DNA of 64,000 nucleotides from Octopus bimaculoides (GCF_001194135.2 NC_069003.1:20340038-20404037), one strand, 5' to 3'; shown: positions 13,637 through 27,732, counted from the stretch's first letter. Notes: generated from the sequence alone by a model not told the origin. Numbers and translations: made by a program.

Positions 13637-14072
13637 GATTGTTATTTTGAAAGGCAGTGAACTGGCTGAATTTTTAGAACATTGGGCAAAATGCTTAGCA
13701 GCATTTCATCTGTCTCTCCACATTCTGAGTTCAAATTCCGCCAGGGTTGACTTTGCCTTGCATCCTTTCAAGGTTGATAAATTAAGTACCAGTGAAACAC
13801 TGGGGTCAATGTAATTGACTTACCCCTCCCCCCAAATTTCAGGCCCTGTACCTGTAGTAGAAAGGTTTATCATTGTTATAAAGGTGGTGAGCTGGCATAA
13901 TTGTTAGCATGCCAGGTGAAATGCTTAGTGGTAATTCGTTTGCTGCTATGTTCTGAGTTCCAATTCTGTTGAGGTTGACTTTGCCTTTCATCCTTTCAGG
14001 GTTGATAAATTAAGTACCAGTTGAGTACTAGGGTTGATGTATATTCATTTGCTTTTCTCTTTTTAATTTCAG

Positions 14073-14235
14073 TTTATTTATCTGGAGCAATGAAACCATC
14101 AATATCTGGTCCCATCTTCTTGGCTGTCTCATATTTGCGGTTCTGCTGATGTATGATAATGTCTATGCCATTCCAAAGATATCCGGTTCCTTTATGGATC
14201 ACATCATCTGTAGTATATCTCTCATATGTTTTCAG
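14073..14235 (+). CDS. PAQR3: PAQR3-like coding exon (first visible; 163 nt, phase 2->0)
   Basis: tttaatttcag|T TTA TTT...TGT TTT CAG|gtgcgt; translates LFIWSNETINIWSHLLGCLIFAVLLMYDNVYAIPKISGSFMDHIICSISLICFQ with the PAQR ExxNxxxH motif (ETINIWSH); matches remembered vertebrate PAQR3 LFILSNETVNIWSHLLG...CSICLFCFQ. Confidence 0.95.
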
Positions 14236-15974
14236 GTGCGTATTACAACTGTTACACATTAATTCCCTTTCCTCACGCCCAGTAGTGATGGTGGTGGTGG
14301 TGGCAGTGGTAGTACTGGTGGTGATGTTAGTGGTTGTGTTGGTGGTAGTTGATATTAGTATTTCAAGATATTTTTAATGTAATTTTGGTAAATATATCTC
14401 TTAAAATAAGATATCAGTGTTATTTTCATTTTCGTGTAATTTAGATGACATGGTACCCTGTATATATGATGGGTTTCTTTCAGTTTCCATCTACCAAATC
14501 CCCTCACAAGGCTTTGGTCGGCCCGAGGCTATAGTAGAAGACATTAGCCCAAGGTGCCATGCAGTGGGTCTGAACCTAGAACCATGTGGTTTGGAAGGAA
14601 GCTTCTTACCACACAGCCATGCCTGACCGTTTTCTTTCTGGTCTGGTTGTATGGTTAAGAAGTTCACTTCTTATCTGTGTGGTTTTGGATTCAATCCCAC
14701 TGCATGTCAACTTGGAGAATTGTAATCTGCTGGCATGGTTGCTTTTTATGTGGCACTGGCATAGTTGCTTTGTATGTGGTGCCAGCATGGTGGCTTTTTT
14801 AAGACCACAGGGTATAATTTGAAGGGTATGTAGCTACTACTTTTTGCAAGTCACACCTTTACTGTTGTGGTGTTAGCTATAATCAGTTCTGTTTGAGCAG
14901 GCCAATGCTACAGTTTCAATCCCACTGTACAGCAGTTTGGATGAAGTCTTGTACCATAGTGTCAGGTTGACCAATAAACCAATGCTTTGTGACTGGTAAA
15001 TCACTGTACAGCATTTTGAATATCTTACTGTAGTCTTGTATTGACCAATGTTTTGTGAGTAAAGTTTGGTAAGAAGGAAACTGTGCAGAAGCTTGTGAGA
15101 AGAACTGTTCCTATTCTTTGGTGGTAGATTTAGATTTAATCCCTTCATCTGGTCCTCAGGAACTTCTAGTGGACTCCACTGTGTTGCAAGCATTCAAGTC
15201 AGGTCATTGGTCTCAGAAAAATAATGTTCACCCTTTCTTCCCCTCTCCAAGTCTTAGAGACCTCCAGAGTAAGGCTACTGCCACTACCCTTCCTCCCCAC
15301 TCCCTGACTTGGTCATTAAAAGAAACAAAACAAAAAAGATTCCAAACTGTATTTATTCTTTTACTCTTTTACTTGTTTCAGTCATTGGTCTATGGCTATG
15401 TTGGGGGCCCCTGCCTTGAAGGGCTTTTATTCAGCCAAATTGATCCCAGTACTTATTTGAAGCTTGGTGTTTATTTTGTCTGTCTTTTTTGTCAAAGTTC
15501 CTAGTTACAAGGATGTAAACTATTTTACATCAGTTGCTAAATGGTGAGAACACACACACACACACACACACTCATTCGACAAGATTCCACCGGTTTCTTT
15601 CTTTCAGATTCACTCTTGAGGCATTGGTCAGCTTGTAGCTATAATAGAAAACACTTTCTTGAAGTGCTGTCTAATGGGACTGAGCCTGAAACTTCATTGT
15701 TATGAAGCAAAATTCATTTTCACACTACCATTCCTGTGCCTAAAACGATCACACTATTCTGATGCTGAAAATTGAACTCAGGCCACTAGATGACATGGGA
15801 TGTATTTCTTTAACTGTCTTGCTTAAAATTTAGAAGTTAAAAAGCAATTGGTTCCTTTTTTGAAAATGGTCAGTAGTTTGTGTTGATTGAGATTCAAATA
15901 GGCTGATGATTATAAAATTAATAAGCTTAAATATTGCTGAGGCTAATCAACATTTCCAACTAACTGGATTATAG

Positions 15975-16915
15975 ATTTAGGTCTGTCATGAACTCTAGGA
16001 TTCATGAGACCAGAGCTTAACCTGGATTCTATGACATAAGTTACTGTGATTATAATACTCTGCTTCATCCCACCCAATAGGATGCTAGTTTATCACAGGG
16101 TTAACTTGCCAGCTGTTGCAAGAACTCATCTCTGAGTGGACTGGAACAATGGGAAATGACATTCCTTGTTAAATGGCTCAAGAACACAATGTACTGCCTA
16201 TTCCAGGAATTGAACCTATGGCATTACAATCGTGAGTCAAACATTCTCAGCACTGGGCCACATGACTGTTATCGACATTGTAATCCTTTATTTTATGCAT
16301 TTAAAGTATTGCATTTGTAGCAGTTTTTGCAAATAGAGAAGGATGATTCCTCATTTCATTCTTCATAGCCTCATAGAACTTAGAGTTAGATCTGTAATAA
16401 GTCCTAGAACTTAAAAGGCTGGAGTTTAATTCATTTTCCATCATAAATGATTGAGCTTGCAACACTGGCTACCTTCCCTGGATGGTATGGTGGTCCATTG
16501 TAGAGTCAACTTCTCAGCTATTGTCAAGTGAACTTCTTAGTAGAGTCAACTTCTCAGCTGAGTGAACTGGATCAACATGAAATAAAATATTTCACTCAAG
16601 AATGTAACACACTGCCTAGTCTAGGAATTGAAACCATGATCTTATGGTCTTACTAAGAATTAGACTTAGATCTATCATGAGCCCTAGTACTCATAAAACT
16701 AGAGCTCGACCTGGTTTCCATAGCAAATAAGTGACTGAGATTACAACATTCTCCCTCTCCCCCTGAACAAGATGCCAGTCTGTCGCAGAGTTAACTTACC
16801 AGCTATTACTGGAACTCATTTACAGCTGAGTGGACTGAGGCTATGTGAAATGATGTGTTTTTTCTCAAGTACACAAAAACTGCCTGGTTCGGGAATCAAA
16901 ACGAAATTTTACATT
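15975..16915 (-). mobile_element. Three head-to-tail old SINE copies
   Basis: Units start tagatttaggtctg (about 15975), tagagttagatctg (16381) and tagacttagatcta (about 16660), each followed by an antisense tRNA-like head. Confidence 0.6.
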
Positions 16916-17545
16916 CATGGATTGATATAACAAATAATGAGATGGGAATTTCTTCAGGGATGCCCTCTGAGTGAAGAACATATAGTTAAGTGAGGATTAA
17001 TATACTTAGAGTATGATAAGAGAGAACATCCCCTTTGCCTTGTCACCCACTACTATCAATTATTTGAATTAGTTAAAACGATTGCATCTGTAATGAAAAG
17101 ATAAGTCATTAGACTCGAGAGGTCTTGTCAAGAAATCTAAAGAAGACAACTTCGAAATCCTCAAACTGGAGAGAGAGCCAACTTGAATGTCTGTAACAGA
17201 GTGGAATCCACTGAAGCGATTAAAAAGTAAATAGGAGGACCTGTAGTGGGGAGTTGGAATTAGTTTTATTTCGCAAGTACAGTGATAACTCTAAACATGT
17301 TTCTGTATTATTTAGACTGCTTCAGCAAAGCAAAGTCTAACTGATAGATGCTAGACCTTAGATTGACCTGGAAAGAATATTTAGGATTTTGAGTACAAAA
17401 AAAAAAAACAACGAAACAAATAAAACACAAAGAGTAAACATTTACTGATTAATGTAACGTAAATAGGAGAATATCTACTCCCAACTGAGAATAAAGTAAA
17501 AAACTAGGCTATGGATAGTGGTGGCAGTGGTGGTAGTGGGTTATT

Positions 17546-17728
17546 ATTTAGTGGATTAGCACCAAGATATGTGTTATGTCATAAATAGGAAGGTGTCTAA
17601 TTTAGTGGACTAGTACCTAGAGATGTGTTATGTCATAAAAAAGAAGGTGTATAATTTAGTGGATTAGCATCAAGGGGGCTAGCTGTGCCATAGACAGGAT
17701 GTGTTTATTTCTAAGTGAATTAATACCT
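17546..17728 (+). repeat. 54-bp tandem repeat, about 3.3 units
   Basis: atttagtgga recurs at 17546, 17600 and 17654. Confidence 0.85.
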
Positions 17729-18959
17729 GTGTTTGTTTTCATTCTATAGTTTTGTGGTGGCATATTGAATCCAGCTAGAACAATAATAAAACTTTAATAA
17801 CTTTCCAGATCTATTTGGACAGGAAGGTAAAAATGGAAAGAGAAGTGCCTATTCTCCTCTTTTAAGTTTGGTTAAAAAGTGGGTGACAGGGACAAAAGTG
17901 ACAAGTGTTTTGCTTCTGACCTTCAGCTGGTACCTGAAGAGAGAGGATGACAACTGGGAGAGGCCACTTATCCTTGGTGGTCATGGTGACCCTAGATTTG
18001 TGAGGTTTCTTTGTTGGCCCTTGTTGGAGGCTCTCCACTAACAGACGCCTATATCAGTCCTTATTTGAATATGATATATATTCTTTATCTCTAGCGATTT
18101 TTTTTCCTTGTTTTATTTCTGTGTAGACGTCCACATTGGCAGACTCATTATAGTGTCAGACAAAATGTCTTGTGGTATTTTTTCCAGTCCTTTACATTCT
18201 GAGTTCAAATCTTATTGATGTCAACATTACCTTTTATTCCCCAGGGATCAATAAAATAAAATATCATCAAGAACCGAGGTCAAATGTTATTGACTAACCA
18301 TTTCCTTCTAAGTTACTGGCCTTGAGCCTAAATTAGGAACAGTTATTATTATTATTATTATTATCAGACTGGAGCCTGGTGTTGCCATCCGGTTTCACCA
18401 GTCCTCAGTCAAATCGTCCAACCCATGCTAGCATGGAAAGCGGACGTTAAACGATGATGATGATGATGATGATTATTATTATTATTATTATTATTATTGT
18501 TAAGGTGGTGAGCTAGCAGAATTGTTAACACGTCAGGCAAAATGCTTAGTGGTGTTTCATCTGCCACTGCATTCTGAGTTCAAGTTATGTGAAGGTCGTT
18601 TTTTTGCCTTTCATCCTTTCGGGGTTGATAAATTAAGTACCAGTGAAACACTGGGGTCAATGTAATCTTTTTCTTTTTGCCAGTTATTAAACTTGAAAAT
18701 TGAAGACTGACGATGTCATTCCATCAACGTGGGAATGCTAGTTGCCCTTGTTCAAGTTTTGTATTTGAATATCTATAATTATGAATTTCTATGTACCACT
18801 CTTCATTTTGAACTCAACAAAGACAGGCAAGCTGTTGGAATATCATTGAACCAACGAAATATCTGTTGCTATTGCATTGTGCTCTTCATATTGCCTATTT
18901 ACTTTTGTGAAGAGTGACATCAATATTTTAAAATATCATCATCATCATCATCATCATCA

Positions 18960-19011
<52 letters not shown>

Positions 19012-19454
19012 GTATGATGCATTTAATGAGCAACTATGAGTTTAGGGTGACATCTTTTTTGATGACTAATGTTGACAATATTGAATTGTTTTGTTGGGGA
19101 TCAGGACTTTTGTTAGCTTAAAAAAGAAAATAAAAGATACTCATTATAATTAATGAATTTGATACTATGAATGTGAAGAGTACTAGGTGTGTGTGCGTGT
19201 GCGTGTGCATGTGTGTGTACGTGCACGTGTGTGTGTATGCTTGTGTGTATGTATTGTACTCCAACAAAAAACAATGAGTCCTAAGTTGTACTCCGATAAA
19301 AAGCAAAGAATGCCAGGTGTGTGTTGTACTCCAACAAAATAAGGAAGTATTAAGTACTATAGAAATTCAATGTTCTTTGTTGTTTTAATCATTCTTTTGT
19401 ATATTTATTTATTTTTCTCCTTTTTTTTGTTTCTTCTTCCTCTTCTCTCTGCAG

Positions 19455-19607
19455 ATTTGTATGATTAGTTCTGCTTCATATCATGTCTTTTACTGTCATT
19501 CCCCTAAAGCCAATATCCGGTGGTTGGCTATTGACCTGTCTGGAATAATATTTGGTCTGATGGGATGTTACATTCCTGGGGTGCATTATTCATTTTATTG
19601 TTTAGTG
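19455..19607 (+). CDS. PAQR3: PAQR3-like coding exon (153 nt, phase 0->0)
   Basis: ctctctgcag|ATT TGT ATG...TTA GTG|gtaagt; ICMISSASYHVFYCHSPKANIRWLAIDLSGIIFGLMGCYIPGVHYSFYCLV with SxxxH (SASYH) and DxxG motifs. Confidence 0.95.
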
Positions 19608-20194
19608 GTAAGTCATGTTCTCTCTCTCTCTCTGACTGTATTTTATGTGTGTGTGTGTGTGTATTTATGTACATATATGTTTGTTTCTCTATTTCTCCTT
19701 TTCTTTCTCCTGTGTGACTTATAATTATTTTTGTTAATTCTAACCCCCACTTTATTGCAATGTTCTTGCTTTTTGTTTCTCCCTCCTTTACAATTGCTGG
19801 CCTGTTTAAATTTCTCATCTAATGACTGTCTTCTTTTTGTCCCCATGAAATACAAAGGCTGACTGTTCACGATGCAAACACCAATACTGGAAGTCTCTCT
19901 TGTTTCTCCTCAATTAGTAGTAAGCCTCTGCTTCTATTTCCTGTGTCTGTACTCAGCTCATCGTGCCAGATATGGCCACTAGGTCCCTGTCCACTCTAGT
20001 AACAATCATAGCCATCTCATATTACAATAGTTACTCATTGTTGTATTTGAGCATTTGGAATCATATTCTATTTTACTTTATTTTCTGATTTTTATTTGTT
20101 GATTAATATTTGGACAGCATCTGGTGCAGTATACACAACAAGTGTTTAATGAAAGGGAAAATTAATCATGCTTGTAAATCTACCATCTACTGGC

Positions 20195-22435
20195 CAAGCA
20201 TGGCTCAACTTCTCTTATTCGTCACAGGTACAGATACAACCAGATTGTGATCAACAAAGAACCAAGCAGTTTTTCTGCAGAAGACAGAATCCCTTCTACT
20301 GTAGGTTCCAAGACATTAAGGGTAGCAACTTTAAATGTAGGCACAATGTAAAGTAGTTCTAGTGGGATTGTGGAGATGCTGGAGCAGAGACGAGATGAGT
20401 GGATGTGTGTTGTGTGCAAGCCGTAAGATGGAAGGGATCCTCAGCCAAACTCCTCACAGGTAGAAGACAGCAGTTCAAACTCTTCTGGGTGGACAGTAGT
20501 GATGGCAGGAGTGGAGTAGGTATACTGTTAGCTGAGAGATGAATAGATAAGGTAACAAAGTAGTCAGAGTGTGTGATAAGATTATTAAGTTAAGATTAAT
20601 CATAGGCAACACAATAGTGACATTTATCTGGGCATATTCTCCACAGGATGGACTACTAGAAGAACAGAAGAATCGTGTCTGTGAGACCCTTCTGCAGACT
20701 GCCTCAATAACAAGTGATGCTGATCTTATTGTAGCTGGTGATTTCAATGGACATATTAGTCAACACAAGATGTACATGGAAGCTATGGTTATGGCATGAG
20801 AAATGAAGCAGATGTAAGGCTGCTGGGGTTTTGTGATGCAACTGAGCTAACAATTTGCACCACACTCTGTAAGAAACCAACCTTATCATTTACCAGTCCC
20901 AAGTCAGATTGTTTACATTCTCACCAGGAAATGGGGCAGAATGGTCATTGTGAATATCAGTACCTCTCCTAGTGAAGAATGCACCGTGCAACTTAAGTTA
21001 GTGTCTTCTGCTGTGTCAGAGCAGGTGAAAACATCACGGAGAAGGAAGGTCTGGAAACTAAAAGATTCAGCAATTGGGAATAGGTTTAGAGAAATTCTAA
21101 CACATGAAATCTGAAGCACATGAATGTAGGGAAGTAGATTTAGATACTTGTAGCATAGACAATAACTGGAAATTTTAAATTTATAACTTGCTTATAGCTA
21201 CAGATGAGACATGTAGCTAGTGCAAAGTCCCAAACAAACCAAAAGTAACATGATGGTGAAATAATAAGGTTGGTAGGGCAGTCAGAGCTAAAAGACAGGC
21301 TTGGATAGACTGGAAGGATGGTGGAATTAGGGAGCATTATTTAATGACTAGAAGAACATCAGGTGTACTTGGCTAAAAGTGAAGTAGAAAGGAAGAGATA
21401 TGCATGTGTCCTACAACATGAGAATCAAAGGTGGGAAGTGTTGAGGATTACAAGAGACAATATATGAGAGAGAATCATGACATCATTGCTGAGAGGTGTG
21501 TTCAGAATGATAAAGGCAAAGTTGTCACCAATATGGAGCAAAAGAAGTTGGTGTGGAAGTGCTATTATGAAAGGTAGCTGAATGTGGAGAGTGCATGGAA
21601 TGAACAAGAATTCAGACTAGTAATCCAAATTGACAGTAGTGAGGTAGATAAAGTAATCAAGGCTATGAAGAGGGGGAAAGCTGCAGGCTCATTGGAAACA
21701 GTGCAGAGATGCTCTAAATATCTGGGGAAGTATGATACAAAATTACTTGGATAATTAAGCAAGTCATCCAGGAGGGTGTCATACCCAATGACTGCATAGC
21801 AGTGTCATTGTAAACTGCGATGCATTAGAGAGAGGCAACTATAGGGGAATCAAGGAAGTAGTTGATAGCTTTTGTTACCTAGGCAGTGTAATTAGCAAGG
21901 TAAATGATTGCTCTGAAAGTATATTTGCTAGAGTAAGAACTGGTTAGAGAAACTTCAGGGAGCTACTACCACTGTTGACAACAACAAAGACCTTTTCTGT
22001 AAGAGTAAAGGGCAGATTGTGTGATACTTATGTTAAATCTTCAATGCTGCATGGAAATGTGATGTGAGCCTTGAATGCAGACAACTTGAAAAGACTAGAA
22101 AGAAATGATATGGGTATGCTCTGTTGGATGTGCAGTGTGAGTGTGAAAGAATCGGTACAAATAGGCTGAGTGAAACACTGAGTATAAGAAAAATCAGATA
22201 TTGTGTTCAAGAAAGAAGACTGCTGGTATGAGCATGTGATGAATATGAATGAGGATAACTTTGTAAAGAAGTGCCATATGCTTAATACGTTTGGAACCTG
22301 CAGACGAAGAAGACTCAAGAAGATGAGATGAAGTGGTGAAAGCTCACTTCAGGACTCTGAGCCTGAGAGATGAGATGACAAAGGAGTGAGGTCTCTGGTG
22401 ATATAAGGTTCCCAAAAAGACTCACCTTCCTCAGT
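20195..22435 (+). mobile_element. Old degenerate, internally deleted RTE LINE (APE endonuclease to C-terminus)
   Basis: LRVATLNVGTM..., AYSPQDG...LIVAGDFNGHI APE motifs; later NYRGIK and C-terminal remnants with many stops. Confidence 0.85.
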
Positions 22436-25167
22436 GAAACTGATTTCTGGAATTTACTATATTTTGGGTTCTCCACCTGTTACACTGGCACCCACCTCAT
22501 GCATTATGCCTATTGCTTCTCTCTCCCTGCTTTTGTCTTCCTTCCAGCAATTGTATCATCTTTTTCATTCCTGGCTTGCCACACCCCTCTTCTGTCTCTG
22601 TCTATCTTCCCCAGCTCAGAGCTCTTGTCTCATTCATCTTTTGACCCGATCCATTTTGGCAGTCTGCCTCCCCCTCCTCATTCACCTTCCGATACAATCT
22701 TGTAACCACCTAACCACACCTAACCACCCACTTCTATTCAGCTTGTGCCTTGTGTGGCCACCTGTGCACCTTATTGCCATTGTCTATGGGCTTGCAGCTC
22801 CTGCTGATCATTTTCCCTTTCTCTCCCTTCTCACCATTACCCCTATTAGTGAGAAGCCATGCAGATCCCTTTGCAGAAACCTGCTCTGCCCTACTCTCTC
22901 ACAGCAATCCCCTTGTCCCCTAGCATGAAGCTGATCCACTCCACCTACCCCAGGGCTTGTAGTCCTGCAAACTGCACGGCAGCTTCAATAGTGCAGGTGA
23001 CATGCAAAAGCATCCAATCCACACTGTAAAGTGGTTGGCATTAGGAGGGGCATCCAGCTGTAAAAATCACGCCAAGCAGACATTAGACCTCAATGCAGTC
23101 CTTGGACACAAACTGTCAAACCGTCCAACCCATTCCAGCATGGAACTTAGACGTTAAATGATGATGGCGATGATGCTGATGTATGATGTTTTTACATTCA
23201 TTTTTCCATTCGGTTGCACAAATATATTAACGAAGCATTATTCTCTAGCTAGAGGCCCTTCTGGACAAGGAAATTGTTACACAGGATGCAAGACCCATAT
23301 TTCTGGTTGTGATACTTTATGTTATCGCGATCAGCTGCTCGTTTGGTACACTGTCGTTATGATTTTGTTGTCATCCACCCATTACAAACAACTGATAGAC
23401 AGACGAAAGTGTATTAACACCCCTTTCATTTTTCTAGAAGAATTTTTCATTTTAACAATTAAAAAAAATGTCCCTCAAAGGTAAAACAGTCAATAAATAA
23501 CGTAAAACAATATTAGGTGTGGGTTATTTTTGTTGGGAAAGGAGATACAATGAGATGATATGACAGCCTCAAATAACTGAGAATGTATTGTAAGCGATTC
23601 TCCTTTAGTTTGTGCTAACAGACTGTGGTATTTTGGCTTGCTTTCAATATTCTATTATTAGTAATAATTATTGTGCGAAGCAGGTGTATGCTTATCTGGC
23701 TCCATAACCTACTACACTTAGTCTCTCATGCGTAATATGGCCGCATTAAACGTAAGCTAAATGATACATTTAAAAAGACAAGCACATCTTACAGTATACG
23801 CCAGCAAATACGGAACATATAAATATTCAGCTCGATACATCTTTAATCAAATGACAAAACTGGGAAAACCAGCTCATTGCTAATTAATAATCATAAAGGA
23901 ATTATTGAGTAGACACCTTGCAAATGACTAGGCTCTGTGGGAAAATTGTTTTAAATTTTAGCAGACTTCGATAGTGAAAAAGTCGGGGGTGCCATTGCTG
24001 TATTATTCAATGAACTATAATTGATGTAAGGGAGACAACTAAGTTGGTAATAGTGCTAGGTAAGGGAGTTAAATCTGGTTTCTGGAAGAGGAAAACTGAA
24101 GAAGAGAATGAAGCTTGAATGATCTTTCGTAGAAATCTCAGGAATATTGAACCTTGTTTATGTAATGACAAAGTTTGTTTAGGCCTAGGTCAGTCCTAAT
24201 TCAGTTGATCTATGATGAAGCTCGTTTCATTTGAGCCCATTCCGCCTTTTTCTTCATACAAAGTATCTAAACTTACATTATCCAGTATGTCCTTCTCCTT
24301 TTTTTAGACAACAGCTCATGATTACAGAGAGATTTGATTGCTATTTCTAGTGATCACATAGAGGTTCACTCCAGTCTTGGCTCATGAAAAAACACAGATA
24401 TTGGAACAATGTGAAAAAAAAACTTCACAACTAGGTGCAGATGTAGCTGTGTGGTAAGAAGCTTCCTTACCAACCACACGGTTCCGGGTTCAGTCCCACA
24501 GCATGGCACTTTGGGCAAGTGTCTTCTACTATAGCTTCGGGCCAACCAAAACCTTGCGAGTGGATTTGGTAGATGGAAATTGAAAGAATCCTGTCATGTA
24601 CATTCCACTGGATGAGTAATGTCAGTGTGCATACTTGACAGAACAGAATGTAAGTGCTTTGAGAGAAAAGTTGGACCTAAGAAGCATCAGATGTGATGTG
24701 CAAGAGAGACGACTGCGCTGGTATGGTCATGTGGTGAGAATGGATGAGGATAGCTCATATAAGTGATTTATACCAGTCTGTAATTCTGAGCTATTCCACA
24801 TTCTCTTTTCTAAGAATCCACTGGTAAACACGATTATAGAGCATTCTTACCGATGTAAACATTGGCAGAAACACACATTTAGCTCATATAGGTGATTTCT
24901 ACCAATCTATATAGTCTGAGTATTTAGTTCTTCTTTCACTCTACTTCCAATAGAGATATCTATTTTCTAGCCTTTGAACATTTATTTAACTCACATATCA
25001 CTCTATATTTCTCCTTATTGATTTCTTTACCCCTTCTCTTCATATGCACGACCTTTGACGTCATATCTACTAACGGTTTTTAAAAAATACTTAATAGCAT
25101 TCTGTTCATCATTTACACAGTCATCACATTTGTTAAAATGTCTTATTGTTGAGTATGTTTATCTTTC

Positions 25168-25253
25168 TTTCCCTGATGAGAAGATCACATTATTTTACAT
25201 CATTTATTCCTTTGGAATAATACCAATGTTGTCTTTGAAACATATGTCGGAAG
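25168..25253 (+). ncRNA. Minimal type I hammerhead ribozyme motif (Penelope-type), intronic
   Basis: Stem I TTTCC(25168-72)/GGAAG(25249-53); core CTGATGA 25173-79; stem II GAAGAT/GTCTTT; GAAA 25237-40; palindromic stem III ACATATGT; cleavage triplet GTC ending 25248. Confidence 0.75.
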
Positions 25254-25447
25254 TAAAAGAATTTGAATAACACCTGCATTTAACTCCATTTATTTATTTA
25301 TACTATACAAACTACTGCACATTAACCCGCAGTTTCTGCCTTTTAACAGGTTGCTACATCCTTGTTACTTGCGTGAATTTTGCTACCCTGGTAACTGTTT
25401 ATTGAATTTTCTATGTTAACTGTAAACAAAGGAAAATTCACTCATAC

Positions 25448-25483
<36 letters not shown>

Positions 25484-25703
25484 TCTACACCAGGGATACC
25501 CTTCCTAATTCCTTTCACTTTAAAGAGTGTACTGGGTGCCTGTTTGTGGTACTGGTACTAGTGAGGTTTGCAAGTAACTTACAAGACCATAATTAATTAA
25601 AATAGATATGAAAAACCATAACAAAGTAATTGATACATGCTATGAATATTTTAAAAATTTCTTTTTCAATTTTCTTTTTTGTTTTTGTTTTGTTTTATTT
25701 CAG

Positions 25704-25907
25704 GAATGGGAAAGAATATATATGATTATTATAGTGATTCTATCAGTGATAATTTTATCAATTCAACTGAAGCCTAAACGGTTGAACAACTCTTTGACTT
25801 TCACTTTGTCTCGCGTACTGATGTACAGCTGTTTAGCTATCTATGGCATCATTCCTGCAGCACACTGGATATACTTGAATGGAGGATGGGAGAATAAAGT
25901 TGTCCAG
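25704..25907 (+). CDS. PAQR3: PAQR3-like coding exon (204 nt, phase 0->0)
   Basis: ttttatttcag|GAA TGG...GTC CAG|gtttgt; EWERIYMIIIVILSVIILSIQLKPKRLNNSLTFTLSRVLMYSCLAIYGIIPAAHWIYLNGGWENKVVQ, compare PAQR3 YGVIPTLHWVWLNGG. Confidence 0.93.
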
Positions 25908-27732
25908 GTTTGTTTGTTTCTTTGTTTATTTTTTTTTGTTTTGTTTTCCATCATCATTGTCATTTTAACGTCTACTTTTTCATGCTTGCATGGCTCAGTT
26001 GGAACTTGTTGAGGCAGGTTTTCCACAGTTGGATGTCCATACAGGCAATGTGTGACATTGCCTGTATGATAGTGATGTTCATTCACAACCATATGTGATA
26101 TCATGAATCGGATACACATACAACACAAACACAAACATATCTGCACATATACATATACATAAACATACCTATATATATATATATAATCGTGCCATGCGGA
26201 CATTTATTGTGGTTTTAGAGTCAGGATTTGACTGCTATATTTTCAGCGTGGTGGTATCTCTTGATACCCTGTATTATAATTTTAAATAATTATTACCTTT
26301 GATGGTTTTTATTCCCATGCTGACCACTTGATAAGATCAATATTTTAAATATCGATCTTGTCCTTATTTATATAAATATATATATATATATAAGCAATGT
26401 TAAATCTCTGATATATATATATATATATAAGAAGAACCAGAATGGAAAAAAAATCACGTCTTTAATTGATGATTATGCCATACATTACTGATGGTTGTTT
26501 CTATTGTGCCAGCATATTTAGACATACAGAAATGGAGTATAAAATACCATTCAAATTAATATATCCAAAAATATATGCCAATACAATGCTATTTAGGCAA
26601 TCCAAAATGGGGAAAATTCAAAGAGAACTAAGGAAATATCAATAGATGAACACAAACTAACAGAATGTTAAGAAGAAATATAATATTCTAAGAAAAGTCA
26701 GCTAAGCATTTAACTTTTGATGACATCAGTAGATAACAAAACAATAAAAGATACACAAAAATTTTATGTCAAGATAATTATCTATCAAAGATGCTAAAAA
26801 TTATTTAAGAAAAATTATGCATGTTAGATTATAGAAAAAGCAGTTATAATTAATGGGTTGTTTATTATTGAAATATCTAAATGCTTTTCTATATTTATAA
26901 GAACAGTTCAATGTAAAATCATTTCTACAATTTAATAATATATCGGATGCAGCTGTGCATCATTAACCAGCTGGAGGAGATGTCCTCTTGGTGTTAAAAA
27001 ATCACAGTCGAATGGAACAGCCATGTTGAAGTAACTATGAACATCACTTGCTAAGTTAATAATACTTATTTAGAAGTAATTATATAATACATTTCCTCAA
27101 GGCAAAGATCACATTTAAAATTATCAGCTTTGTATGATGGTGCATAATTAATAATGGACCACTTTATATCATAGTTAATGTTCCTGTCTTTTCAATTCCA
27201 AATACATTCACTATAATTCATAGAATTACATTTTTTTGTTAAGTTAAATGAAGAAGAACAATTATGTAACCTAGATTTCCAAATTGTAACAGAAAGACCT
27301 ATGTAATAACATGTACAATCCCCTATCATTGCCTTACATTGATATATATATATATATATATATATATAAAGCAATTGAATGGTAATGATATTGATTAGTA
27401 ACATTATCTGTTATAGAACTTGATGTGTTGGGCAGAGTGACTGAAATATCATCATCATCATCATCATCATTATCATCATTATCATTTAACATCTCTTTTC
27501 TATGCTGGCATAGGTTGAATGGTTTGACTGGAATTGGTAAAGCTAGGGGGCCACACCAGGTTCTATTGTCTGTTCTGGCATGTTTTCTATGGCTGGATGC
27601 CCTTCCTAATGCCAACCACTCCATAAGAGAATACTGGATGCTTTTCGCATGGCACCAGACTGGTATCAGTTCTGCTGTCGCAGATGGATGTATATTTATT
27701 ATATCAATGTTGACAGTTAAGGTTAGGGTGTA

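Noticed and set aside
17900-18045. GC-richer segment with an acceptor-like ccttcag and a CTGAAGA
   Set aside because: Frames close within about 48 codons and there is no GAAA partner; probably an old repeat fragment
18707-18750. CTGACGA followed by a CATTCC/GGAATG stem
   Set aside because: The GAAA half of the hammerhead core is missing; at most a dead relic
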